A DNA stretch of 64,000 nt from an uncultured delta proteobacterium (GCA_963845145.1 CAWJQU010000004.1:352001-416000); one strand, 5' to 3'. Positions 10,418-20,124 are shown, counted from the stretch's first letter. Translations and numbers: made by a program. Notes: generated by a model not told the origin, from the sequence alone.

Positions 10418-10521
10418 TTAAATCAAATTATGGTAAATGGCATCATGCGATGTTAAATACCCCTTATTAATATATGGGGCTGGTCCGTTATTTTTAAAAT
10501 CAGGTTCAAAGGAGAGTAACA

Positions 10522-12351
10522 ATGTATGGTTGGATGGGAAAAATTCTTCATGTTGATTTGACCGTAGGTACTTGGAAGGTAAAGTGTCTGGATCCTTCAG
10601 TGGCAAAAGATTATGTCGGCGGGCGAGGATTGGGTATTTATTTGTTAAATCAGGAGATTGAAGCGGGGGTGGACCCCTTGTCGGCCGATAACCCACTCAT
10701 TATGGCTACCGGCCCTTTAACCGGTACGGGCGCACCTACGGGTGCCCGCTACATGGTGATGACCAAGTCACCCCTTTCCGGTGCGATTACCTGCTCCAAC
10801 TCAGGGGGCAGGTTCCCAACCGAATTCAAACGGACCGGCTACGACGCCATTGTCTTCACCGGAAGAGCCGAAAAACCGACCTACCTCTGGCTCGATGAGG
10901 AGGAGGTGGCATTGAGGAGCGCCGATCACCTATGGGGGAAAAACACCCATGTTACGACAGATGCGCTTTTAGCGGAAACGAAACCCAAGGCCAAGGTGGC
11001 CTGCATCGGGCCGGCCGGCGAAAACATGGTTCTGTTTGCCTCCATTATGAACGATAAAAACCGTGCTGCGGGGCGGTCGGGTGTCGGTGCGGTAATGGGC
11101 AGCAAAAATCTGAAGGCAGTGGTTGTCAAGGGGAAGCGGCGAATATCCCTGGCCGATCCTGAACGCTTTAAGGCCTTCAATAAAAAGACCCTGAATACAT
11201 TCAGGGAAGGGATCAAGAAAACCCCCTTGGGCCTGACGGTCAACGGTACGGCCGGCGTGGTAATGGCAACTCAGAACTTCGGCGTTCTGCCCACCAAGAA
11301 TTGGCAGCAGGGGACCTTTCACGGTTGGGAAAAAATTGACGGTGAAGAATTGACCCGACGCTTTCTCAAGAAAAATACAGCCTGTTATGGTTGTCCGATC
11401 GGTTGTGGCCGCCAGACCCAAGTGGATGACCCCCGTTTTGCCGGTGAAGGCGAAGGGCCGGAATACGAGACCCTTTATGCCATGGGGTCCAATTGCATGA
11501 TTGATGATCTGGCAGCGATTACCAAGGCCAACTATATCTGCAACGAAATGGGAATGGACACCATTACGATGGGGGCCACTATCGCCTGCGCCATGGAACT
11601 GGCCGAGAAAGGTTACCTGCCCAAAGATCAGATCGGGCGGTCATTACAATGGGGAGATGCCGAGGCGTTGGTCGAACTGACCCGCATGACCGGAAACCGG
11701 GAAGGCTTCGGTGATCAGCTGGCCGACGGTAGCTACCGTCTGGCTGACCGTTACGGTCACCCGGAACTGGCCCCCGTTTCCAAAAAGCAGGAGTTCCCCG
11801 GCTATGAACCCCGCGGGGCCCAGGCCATGGGGCTTGCCTATGCCACCTCGCCCATCGGTGGCTCCCACATGCGCGGCGATCCCGCTTATTTTGAATTGTT
11901 CAGCGTTCCCGAATCCATGGACCCGCACCAGTGGGAAGGAAAAGCCAAGGTCACCAAGGCTTTTCAGGACCTGTCCGCTATCATAGATTCTGCCGGCCTG
12001 TGCATCTTCTTTGCCGTCCGGAATCTGGCGGCCAAGGATTTAGGCGTGGCCCCGGTGGGTATCCTGGAGTATCTGAATGCTGCCACGGGTGCCGACTATA
12101 CGCTGGAGACCCTAATGCAAGCCGGAGAACGGATCATTAATGCCGAGCGGCTTTTTCTGACCAAAGCGGGTTTTTCACGTAAAGATGACAGTCTGCCCGA
12201 TCGTCTTACTAAAATTCCGGCGCCCACAGGGCCGGCTAAGGGATTGGTATGCCATCTGGATAAGATGCTGGATGAATATTACCTGGCCCAGGGATGGACG
12301 GATAATGGGATTCCAAAAAAAGAGGTTTTAGACAGGCTTGGGCTTGCCTGA
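10522..12351 (+). CDS. aor: Tungsten-dependent aldehyde:ferredoxin oxidoreductase
   Basis: GGRGLG, KSPLSG, AAGRSGVGAVMGSKNLKA, CYGCPIGC, GPEYET, DSAGLC motifs. Confidence 0.93.
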   Translation: MYGWMGKILHVDLTVGTWKVKCLDPSVAKDYVGGRGLGIYLLNQEIEAGVDPLSADNPLIMATGPLTGTGAPTGARYMVMTKSPLSGAITCSNSGGRFPTEFKRTGYDAIVFTGRAEKPTYLWLDEEEVALRSADHLWGKNTHVTTDALLAETKPKAKVACIGPAGENMVLFASIMNDKNRAAGRSGVGAVMGSKNLKAVVVKGKRRISLADPERFKAFNKKTLNTFREGIKKTPLGLTVNGTAGVVMATQNFGVLPTKNWQQGTFHGWEKIDGEELTRRFLKKNTACYGCPIGCGRQTQVDDPRFAGEGEGPEYETLYAMGSNCMIDDLAAITKANYICNEMGMDTITMGATIACAMELAEKGYLPKDQIGRSLQWGDAEALVELTRMTGNREGFGDQLADGSYRLADRYGHPELAPVSKKQEFPGYEPRGAQAMGLAYATSPIGGSHMRGDPAYFELFSVPESMDPHQWEGKAKVTKAFQDLSAIIDSAGLCIFFAVRNLAAKDLGVAPVGILEYLNAATGADYTLETLMQAGERIINAERLFLTKAGFSRKDDSLPDRLTKIPAPTGPAKGLVCHLDKMLDEYYLAQGWTDNGIPKKEVLDRLGLA

Positions 12352-12365
12352 TAGCCGAGGGAAAC

Positions 12366-12593
12366 GTGCGCATTAATGTTAAATTATATGGTGATTTAAA
12401 AAGGTATTCTCCCTGTAATAAATCAAATTTTATCTTACGACTTGAAACGGGAGCCACCCTTGAAGATGTCCAAAAATTGCTGTCAATCCCCGACCATCAT
12501 GTATCGCTTATTAACGGGCGAAGAGTTGGCATAGATGCGATGTTTGCCTATGGCGACACCCTGGTGCTCATGCCGCCTATATCTGGCGGATGA
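12366..12593 (+). CDS. MoaD/ThiS-family sulfur carrier
   Basis: 75 aa ending PPISGG, directly after aor. Confidence 0.85.
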   Translation: MRINVKLYGDLKRYSPCNKSNFILRLETGATLEDVQKLLSIPDHHVSLINGRRVGIDAMFAYGDTLVLMPPISGG

Positions 12594-12628
12594 TTGCGGA
12601 TACGATTAGCTTAACAAAAGGATTAAAA

Positions 12629-13750
12629 ATGGAACTGACACTTATGGAAGGCAACGAGGCCATTGGCTGGGGTGCCGTGGCGGCCGGCTGTGACTTTTTT
12701 GCCGGCTACCCGATTACACCGGCCACCACTATTTACAACACCATGTTGAAACTGCTTCCTCCCAAGGGTGGAGTTTGTCTTCAGGGAGAAGACGAGATCG
12801 CCTCCATTGGGTTTTGCCTGGGAGCGGCGATGTCGGGCAAGAAAACGATGACGGCCACATCGGGTCCCGGAATTAGTCTTTACAGTGAACAGATCTCTTT
12901 TGCCATCGGTAGTGAGATCCCCATTGTAATTATCAATGTGCAACGCTTGGGACCATCGACCGGATCGGCCACCAAGGGCGCGGACGGCGATATTCAATTT
13001 ATGCGCTGGGGAAACAGCGGTGGATTACCGGTGATCGTGCTCGCACCGGTAGATGTGAAAGATTGCTATGAACTCACCGCGCAGGCCTTTAATCTCGCCG
13101 AGCAGTATCGTTGCCCGGTGTTCATCGCCGCTAACAAAGAGATTTCCATGACGCGGGAGACCTTCGCCATGGAAGACCTTTCGTTACCGCCTATTGTTGA
13201 CCGCCAGTTAGCGGATGCAACCGTGCCATTTTTACCTTTTGATGTCCATGACAACGGCAAGGTGCCCGACTTCCTTCCCATCGGAGGGGATCGCCTGGTA
13301 CGCCAAACATCCTCCACCCATGGAACCAATGGATATATCACCGCCGATTCCGCAGAGATCGCCATGATCCAGGAACGTCTGCAAGCCAAGCTCACGCAGG
13401 CGGTTTCCGAGTTTACCTACTTCGAGGAGGCCCTCGTGCCGGATGCCGATACATTGATAGTGGCCTATGGCGTTACCGCCCGGGCGGCCAAAGTTGCGGC
13501 AAAACGGTTGCAAGCGAACGGACATCCCGTGTCGCTTTTGGTGCTAAAAACCCTTTGGCCCGTGCCTGAAAACCTAATTATCGAAAAGGCAGCCCCTTAC
13601 CAACGGGTGTTTATGGCGGAGATGAATCTCGGGCAGTACGTCCGGGAGCTGCAGCGGCTATTGCCCGATAAATCGGTTGAGTTTATGGGCCAGATGAATG
13701 GGGAGTTGATTAAACCCGCACAGATCATGGAGGCGATTGAGCATGGATAG
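12629..13750 (+). CDS. 2-oxoacid:ferredoxin oxidoreductase alpha subunit
   Basis: MEGNEAI, FFAGYPITPAT, EDEIAS, TATSGPG, QRLGPSTG, EMNLGQY. Confidence 0.92.
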   Translation: MELTLMEGNEAIGWGAVAAGCDFFAGYPITPATTIYNTMLKLLPPKGGVCLQGEDEIASIGFCLGAAMSGKKTMTATSGPGISLYSEQISFAIGSEIPIVIINVQRLGPSTGSATKGADGDIQFMRWGNSGGLPVIVLAPVDVKDCYELTAQAFNLAEQYRCPVFIAANKEISMTRETFAMEDLSLPPIVDRQLADATVPFLPFDVHDNGKVPDFLPIGGDRLVRQTSSTHGTNGYITADSAEIAMIQERLQAKLTQAVSEFTYFEEALVPDADTLIVAYGVTARAAKVAAKRLQANGHPVSLLVLKTLWPVPENLIIEKAAPYQRVFMAEMNLGQYVRELQRLLPDKSVEFMGQMNGELIKPAQIMEAIEHG

Positions 13751-15038
13751 TCTACTAAACGAAAGTCGCCCGGCGGTGTTCTGCCCGGGTTGTTCGCACG
13801 ACCGGGTACTGCATGTGCTGGATAAAGCGTTGATAGATATGGGTTATAGCGGCAAAGACGTGGTGATTGTCACCGATATTGGATGCTCGGGTCTATTCGA
13901 TACCTTTTTTAACACCCATGCCTTTCATGGTTTGCACGGTCGGGCGCTGACTTACGCCACCGGGATTAAGATGGCAAGGCCGGACTTGAAGGTGATCGTA
14001 ACCATGGGGGACGGCGGGTTGGGCATTGGCGGCGCCCATGTATTAAGTACCTGCCGGCGCAACATCGATCTTACGCTCCTGGTACTCAATAATTTTAACT
14101 ACGGTATGACCGGAGGACAGTGTTCGTCCACGACGCCCCAGGATGCACAGGTGGGGTCTGGTTTTTTAAACCGACTGGAAAAACCCATAGATATCTGTCA
14201 GGTCGCCGGTGCCGCAGGTGCCGGCTTGGTATCGCGGGCATCGACCTACGAGAAAGAGCTGGGTGAAAAGTTAAAAGAAGCCCTCACCTTCGACGGATTC
14301 TCATTGGTGGATATCTGGGGGCTTTGTCCCGGCCGGTATACCCGTAAGAATAGGGTGACGCCTAAAAGCATTGATGCCGATATGGCACAATTGCCCGATG
14401 TAACAGCTTTTCAAGCGTTAAACGATCGAATGGAATATGGCAAAGCCTATCGTCAGGAGGCTGCCAAGCTGAACATTCCGCCAGACCCGATTCGTATTAA
14501 AAAGAGCTGTGAACCTCCCCAGGCAGGGCGCCAGGAAGTGGTCATTCTCGGCAGCGCCGGTCAACGGATTATCACAGCCGGAGAGTTGCTATGTCTGGCC
14601 GGGGCATCGGCCGGTTGCCATGCCACTCAGAAAAACGACTACCCGATTACTGTTATGAAAGGTCATTCTGTTAGTGAAATCATTTTTTCAGAAGAACCCA
14701 TCGAGTATACGGGCATTGAAAACCCATCCGTTGTCATCGCCTTGGCCGCAGAAGGCATTAACCGGCGCAAGCAAATGATATCGTCCCTCTCTTCGGAAAC
14801 TGTTGTTATCAAGCTGACCGGCCTGGAGCTGCCGCCTTGCGGGGCCAAGGTTATCGAAGTGGACTTCAAGGCCCATAAAATACGATTTCCCGACTGGGCG
14901 CTGGCCGCTTTGGCCGTCTTGGCAAAAAAGAACGACGCCTTGACACCGGAGATGCTCAACGCTGCGCTGAAGTTGCGATTTAAAAAAGATGTTTTGAAAG
15001 AGGCGTTGGCCATCGTAGAGAAGATAAACGCTGAGTAG
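13743..15038 (+). CDS. 2-oxoacid:ferredoxin oxidoreductase fused beta (TPP-binding) and gamma subunits
   Basis: FCPGC, DIGCS, HGLHGRA, GDGG...NNFNYGMTGGQ, then gamma-like LGSAGQRIITAG. Confidence 0.9.
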   Translation: MDSLLNESRPAVFCPGCSHDRVLHVLDKALIDMGYSGKDVVIVTDIGCSGLFDTFFNTHAFHGLHGRALTYATGIKMARPDLKVIVTMGDGGLGIGGAHVLSTCRRNIDLTLLVLNNFNYGMTGGQCSSTTPQDAQVGSGFLNRLEKPIDICQVAGAAGAGLVSRASTYEKELGEKLKEALTFDGFSLVDIWGLCPGRYTRKNRVTPKSIDADMAQLPDVTAFQALNDRMEYGKAYRQEAAKLNIPPDPIRIKKSCEPPQAGRQEVVILGSAGQRIITAGELLCLAGASAGCHATQKNDYPITVMKGHSVSEIIFSEEPIEYTGIENPSVVIALAAEGINRRKQMISSLSSETVVIKLTGLELPPCGAKVIEVDFKAHKIRFPDWALAALAVLAKKNDALTPEMLNAALKLRFKKDVLKEALAIVEKINAE

Positions 15039-15087
15039 GTGTGTAGCCGATTGAAGATGACATCAACCAAGAAAAGAAGAGGGTAAC

Positions 15088-16263
15088 ATGGAAGCGATTT
15101 TATCAAAGCGTGCGCAATCCATCAAACCGTCAATCACCCTGACGATTTCGGCCAAAGCCAAAGCCATGAAGGCTGACGGCATCGACGTGCTCAATTTTTC
15201 GGCGGGCGAGCCTGACTTCGACACCCCGGATACAATCAAGCAGGCAGCCTATAAAGCTTTGGAGGAGGGGTTTACCAAATATACGGCCGCCGGCGGGATT
15301 CCCGAGCTTAAAAGCACCATCATCGATAAATACCGGATAGAGCAGAATGTGACCTATGGCCCTGAGCAGGTGCTGGTCTCAAACGGCGGCAAACATGCTT
15401 TGCACAACATGTTTCAAGCTATCCTGGATCCCGGCGATGAGGTGTTGATTCCTGCGCCTTACTGGCTCTCCTATCCCGATATGGTTATTCTCTCGGGCGG
15501 GGTACCGGTCATTATAAACACGCGTATTGAAGCGGATTTTAAAATTTCTCCGGAATCATTGGCAGCGGCCATTACGCCCCGGACCAAGTTGCTGATATTA
15601 AATTCACCCTCGAACCCGACCGGTGCCGTCTATTCGGCTGAGGAGTTAACCGCTCTGGCCAAAGTCGTCGAGGAGACCGGCATCCTGGTTATTTCCGATG
15701 ATGTATACGAGAAGTTCGTCTATGATGGACAATCCTTTACCAACCTGATCATGGTCGCACCCAATCTGATTGATCGCATCATGGTCATCAATAGCGCCTC
15801 GAAAACCTACTCAATGACGGGTTGGCGGATCGGGTATGCTTTGGGACCGGAGGCGATCATTCGGGCAGCCACGCGAATCCAGGGGCAGGCGACCTCGTGT
15901 CCCGGATCCATTTCCCAGAAAGCGCTTGCTTTTGCCTTGCAAATCGATGCCCAGGTCGTGAACAGGTTCAGGCAGTCGTTTGAAAAGCGGCGCGATATGA
16001 TGCTCCAGGGGCTTGCGGCCATTGAAGGCATCAAGGTCTTCAAGCCAACCGGTGCTTTTTACCTCTTTGCCGATGTCAGTCGACTATACGAAAAAGTAGC
16101 AGGCGTAACCGATTCGGTCGGTTTCTGTGCGTACCTGCTTGAGAAGTGGCGGATCGCCTGCATCCCCGGCCAGGCTTTTGGCGAAGATCGGTGCATTCGT
16201 TTCTCCTTTGTGGCTGACGAGGCGGCTATTACAGAGGGGCTTTCACGGCTTTCACAGATATAG
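15088..16263 (+). CDS. PLP-dependent class I aminotransferase (AspC-like)
   Basis: AGEPDFDTP, NSPSNPTG, SDDVY, SKTYSMTGWRIGY. Confidence 0.93.
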   Translation: MEAILSKRAQSIKPSITLTISAKAKAMKADGIDVLNFSAGEPDFDTPDTIKQAAYKALEEGFTKYTAAGGIPELKSTIIDKYRIEQNVTYGPEQVLVSNGGKHALHNMFQAILDPGDEVLIPAPYWLSYPDMVILSGGVPVIINTRIEADFKISPESLAAAITPRTKLLILNSPSNPTGAVYSAEELTALAKVVEETGILVISDDVYEKFVYDGQSFTNLIMVAPNLIDRIMVINSASKTYSMTGWRIGYALGPEAIIRAATRIQGQATSCPGSISQKALAFALQIDAQVVNRFRQSFEKRRDMMLQGLAAIEGIKVFKPTGAFYLFADVSRLYEKVAGVTDSVGFCAYLLEKWRIACIPGQAFGEDRCIRFSFVADEAAITEGLSRLSQI

Positions 16264-16297
16264 CCGTTGGCGGCCGTTAGGCGCCACCGTTATCCCC

Positions 16298-17962
16298 TTA
16301 CCCTACTACATTTTCAAACCCGTTATTTTTTGTCGCAGCGACTGTTGACGATGGTGGATTGGTTTTGATCAACCAAGCCATAACGACGGTTTGCAGGGCT
16401 GAGAGCAGTACGAAATAGTATAGCCAGTAAGGGACTCCAAAATAGAGGGGTGCTGTCGCCCCCCATGCCCAATAATCGAGAGATAAAACAAATATTGCGC
16501 TGCAAAGCCAGAAGTAGCGATCCTTGAGCCATCCGGGCAGGGTTAAACGCAACGTTTCAAAACGGGCTGCCAATATAGCGTGGATAGCCAGATAAACGCC
16601 TACCGTTGCAGCCAGTACCCATACGACGGAGAGAAAGGGGCCGCTGGAAAGTAATTTTAAATAGAACAGTATCAAAACCCCTTCGCCCACCAGTATGGAC
16701 CCGATGGCGGCTGAGGCATATACCTTTTTCAGATAAAGCCCGAAGATAACGGTGGGAAAGAGGACGGCCAATCCGGTAAAGGTCTGGGTAGCGATCTGCA
16801 AAATGGTTGCAGGCGGTTTATAGGCCAATGCCAAACCGGCCAGGCTCAAACCAATGACAGCCATGCGGCCCACGATACTGGTTTCGGGTTGGTTTTTTTG
16901 CACCAGGGGCATGATGTCCCGGGTAAAAATGGAACTCAAGGTCAACAACTGGGAGTCCATGGTCGACATCAGGGCCGCAATGCCGGCGGCCATCACCAGG
17001 GCCGCCATGAAGTCGCCGGAAATGGCTGTCAGCACCATGGGCAGGATCTTGTCGGCCTCTTTGCCAACCAAATCGGGAAAAGCCAGATGGCCCATTACCC
17101 CGATTGAGATTGGGAAAAAAAAGAGTACGGTGCAGATCAACGGGTAGAAGAGCATGGTTTTTCCAATGGCCTTATCGTCTCTGGCCGCAAAAAAGCGTTG
17201 AAAAAGTTGGGGGAACATGGGGTCGCAAAAAAACCAGAGCATCAGAAAGCTGAACCAAATGCCCAGCGTATATTTACCGGTACCGCCCGGGCGGGAGAAA
17301 AGTTCCGGGTTGGCGGCCAGCACTTTCTGATTGGCCTCAATGAACCCACCGAAATGGCCGGCTACCATAAACAGGGAAGCCGCCAGAAGCCCAAACATCA
17401 GCGCTCCCTGAAACAGGTCGGTCCAGGCCACTGCGCGTAAACCACCCCGCAATGTGTAGAGCAAAATAATTCCCGTCACCAATAAGCAGCCACCGAAATA
17501 GGGGAGCCCTACTAGTTCTTCCAAGGCATAGCCAGCGGCCATGGGTTGCAAGGCCAGATAAGGGATGGTGAAAAGGATCATCACCATTGCGAACAATAGA
17601 GACAAGGTGGGACTTTGGTAGAGTGTTTTCACCAGCTCGGGAGGGGTCACCAGTTGGTTCTGACGGCCGACATGTCGAATCTTACGCCCGATGACCCAAA
17701 ATGTGAGGGCCATAAATCCTGTACCGAAACCCATGATGGGGAAAAAAGCATACCCATCACGGTACCCGGCACCGGAAGTACCAAAGACGGTAAAAGCGCT
17801 GAAATTGGTCGCGGCCATGGTCCCCAGCAGGATCAGGGTGCCGAACTGACGGTTGGCCAAAAAATAGGTTTCCGGTGTTGATTTCCATCGCGTGCGCGCT
17901 ACCAACCCGATTCCTAATACCATCAGAAAGTAGCCGATAAGTACACTCACCTTAACAACCAT
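16298..17962 (-). CDS. Sodium:solute symporter (PanF/PutP-like) with extra C-terminal two-helix domain
   Basis: YFLANR, ATNFSAFT..G..G, GGLRAVAWTD, AALMSTMDSQLL. Confidence 0.9.
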   Translation of the reverse strand: MVVKVSVLIGYFLMVLGIGLVARTRWKSTPETYFLANRQFGTLILLGTMAATNFSAFTVFGTSGAGYRDGYAFFPIMGFGTGFMALTFWVIGRKIRHVGRQNQLVTPPELVKTLYQSPTLSLLFAMVMILFTIPYLALQPMAAGYALEELVGLPYFGGCLLVTGIILLYTLRGGLRAVAWTDLFQGALMFGLLAASLFMVAGHFGGFIEANQKVLAANPELFSRPGGTGKYTLGIWFSFLMLWFFCDPMFPQLFQRFFAARDDKAIGKTMLFYPLICTVLFFFPISIGVMGHLAFPDLVGKEADKILPMVLTAISGDFMAALVMAAGIAALMSTMDSQLLTLSSIFTRDIMPLVQKNQPETSIVGRMAVIGLSLAGLALAYKPPATILQIATQTFTGLAVLFPTVIFGLYLKKVYASAAIGSILVGEGVLILFYLKLLSSGPFLSVVWVLAATVGVYLAIHAILAARFETLRLTLPGWLKDRYFWLCSAIFVLSLDYWAWGATAPLYFGVPYWLYYFVLLSALQTVVMAWLIKTNPPSSTVAATKNNGFENVVG

Positions 17963-18045
17963 GTAATACCTCCCGGAAAATAGAAATAATCCATTCCAGA
18001 CGGTTTCGAAATCCGCCTGTGGCGGGTTGTGGAACCGTCAAGAAT

Positions 18046-18081
18046 AAAAAAAGCCATCCCGTCTTAAGGCCGGGATGGCTT
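18046..18081 (-). terminator. Intrinsic terminator inside the symporter 5' leader (attenuator)
   Basis: AAGCCATCCCG-N9-CGGGATGGCTT stem followed by a U-tract, between the promoter and the ATG at 17962. Confidence 0.75.
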
Positions 18082-18137
18082 CATTGAGCCTGGCATAACC
18101 TTATTTTATGGCGCCCTTGAGTCGCCGATGTTATTGT
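18077..18137 (-). ncRNA. Candidate riboswitch aptamer (possibly Na+-sensing DUF1646 class)
   Basis: AUAAC...GUUAU stem enclosing a GGCG/CGCC hairpin, then GCCAGG and a GGCU/AGCC helix overlapping the terminator. Class assignment is from memory only. Confidence 0.45.
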
Positions 18138-18143
18138 GCCAAA

Positions 18144-18172
18144 AGAATAATGTTTGTTAGGGTGCCTGTCAA
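18144..18172 (-). promoter_or_regulatory. Sigma70 promoter for the symporter leader
   Basis: TTGACA-17 nt-TATTCT on the minus strand. Confidence 0.7.
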
Positions 18173-18236
18173 GTTCTCCTTAACTATCGCATTTGGGCTC
18201 CTCGGAATATGGGTGTACTCCAGTTGGGATTATCCT

Positions 18237-18830
18237 CTACGATATGTCGATGGTTTTTTTAGCGCCATTTTTTTTAAGCAGTTCTTCCAATTTTTCATAG
18301 GGTTGCGATCCAACCAATCTCTCCTGGTTTAAAATGTATGTGGGAGCGACCATGATTTCAAGTTTTTCCGACTTCTCCCAATCCTTGTCAACAGCTTGGC
18401 TAAATGACCTTTTTTCAAGAACAAACTGAGCTTCTTCCCTGGAAAGTTGGGAACCGTCTGCTACATCTAAAAGGACAGACGGGTCGGCAATATTAAGACC
18501 ATTGGAGAAATAGGCCTCATTGATTGCATCATGATATTCGTCCAAGCGCCCCTTGCTGTCGGCGAATTTGGCAAGTTCCTGGGCAAGGCGGCTATCTGAA
18601 ATTGACGTGCGTTTCGCTAATGGCAACCTCAGGGAAGATGCTTTTTGTTCCAATAGTTGCATTTTTTCGGTCATAAGCGAGACGTTATAACCAAAAAGTT
18701 CCTCAATCAACAGGCCCTCTTCAGGTATATCCGGGTGTAACGGGAAGGCCCGCCAAACAATATCTATATCATATTCATGCCTTAACCTCTTAATGGATCC
18801 TTTATCAAAATAGCACCAGGTACAATTCAA
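18237..18830 (-). CDS. DsbA/FrnE-family thiol-disulfide oxidoreductase
   Basis: CTWCY, WRAFPLHP, APT....GSQP; TTG start overlaps the upstream stop. Confidence 0.8.
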   Translation of the reverse strand: MNCTWCYFDKGSIKRLRHEYDIDIVWRAFPLHPDIPEEGLLIEELFGYNVSLMTEKMQLLEQKASSLRLPLAKRTSISDSRLAQELAKFADSKGRLDEYHDAINEAYFSNGLNIADPSVLLDVADGSQLSREEAQFVLEKRSFSQAVDKDWEKSEKLEIMVAPTYILNQERLVGSQPYEKLEELLKKNGAKKTIDIS

Positions 18831-19711
18831 TTCCGATTGATATCCATTATCAGTAGTGAGTCTATCTCATCAAGGAAGCGGGTATAAATCAATCTGTTGG
18901 CCTTTTCAATCCGTAAGCCGAAATCGGAGGCTACTGCTCCCTGCTTGACGGCCATCTGCTTAATATTTTCGATCAGATGGTTGCCATCTACTAGCTGGCT
19001 GCAGGCATCTGTACATCGGCCACACGAAATACAAAGCCAGAGTGAAGGTGAGTGCATCAATTCGTCGATCATGCCTAGATTGATCATACGAAACAGAACA
19101 CGCGGGTCGAAAACCGATCGACCACCAAGAATCGGGCAAACGCTATCGCATTCGCCGCAAGTAAAACAGGCATTCGTCCGGTGCAAGGCCATCATATCCC
19201 TCACATCGCTTGTAATATTGTCTAACAGATGCTGTGTGATAGTTGATTTTAAATAGGGAACCGGTTGTCTAAGCCAGTCGCGCCACATTTGGTCTGTAAA
19301 GAAATCCAGATCTTCATTGAAGCAGTGGCTGACGGCTCGCCAACGGACACGCTGGAATTTAGCAAACAGATCGCGAAATAGTCTTATTGTATCGAATGAT
19401 ACAAGTCCCTTACAAAGCGCCTCGTGGCGGATAAACTCAATCAGCATGGATGGGCTAACGGCATTTGGACAGACTTGCATGCAGCGCCTACAGGTCAAAC
19501 AGTACCAGGTTTCCGGTAGGAGCAACAGCTCGTCCAATAGACCTAAATAGGCAAGGCGAACTATTTTTTGCGGCCTCAAACGACCGGTGGCAATGTTCAC
19601 CGGGCATTCGAAGTCGCACGAACCGCATGTCCAGCACATGTTCGTCGAACTGTGCGACGTCTGATCAATCTGCCGGCGCAATTGATCATTAAGATGAAGT
19701 AAGCCCGCCAT
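18827..19711 (-). CDS. Tandem HdrC-like 4Fe-4S dicluster protein (four cluster motifs)
   Basis: CWTCGSCDFECP, CLTCRRCMQVCP, CFTCGECDSVCP, CISCGRCTDACS; start placed at ATG 19711. Confidence 0.85.
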   Translation of the reverse strand: MAGLLHLNDQLRRQIDQTSHSSTNMCWTCGSCDFECPVNIATGRLRPQKIVRLAYLGLLDELLLLPETWYCLTCRRCMQVCPNAVSPSMLIEFIRHEALCKGLVSFDTIRLFRDLFAKFQRVRWRAVSHCFNEDLDFFTDQMWRDWLRQPVPYLKSTITQHLLDNITSDVRDMMALHRTNACFTCGECDSVCPILGGRSVFDPRVLFRMINLGMIDELMHSPSLWLCISCGRCTDACSQLVDGNHLIENIKQMAVKQGAVASDFGLRIEKANRLIYTRFLDEIDSLLIMDINRN

Positions 19712-20124
19712 GTTTTTCCAATACCCTTCTAAGAAAGTTACAACAATAGGGTAGCGTAAGTCTAAAAGACAAAAAATCGAACACCCGGAAGTCTTGATGG
19801 GTGCCCGGCAGACTTTGAAAGAGATCATATTGGTCTCTGTGAGCCAACTGGAGCGACCCCGGCGGAGTGACCCCGGCTTTGTCTTTTCCAATAAAGATTC
19901 TTTTTAGGTAATGCCGTGTAAATTTATAACCTTGATATATGTCCCTGTACCACATTGTAACAATATTGTAAAATGGTTAAACTGGATTTCATAAAGGAAT
20001 AAGAGGGGGCTTATCGTCGAATTTGGGGGTGAAATAGCTTTCCGAAATGTCGATCACAATAGCTGATTAAATAAATGGGTCTAAATTGGGTAATGGTCAC
20101 AATAGAAATTTAGGTTGATTTGCT

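Noticed and set aside
18820..18870. Sec read-through joining the HdrC-like and DsbA-like genes
   Set aside because: The two ORFs are in different frames and the DsbA motif is already CxxC.
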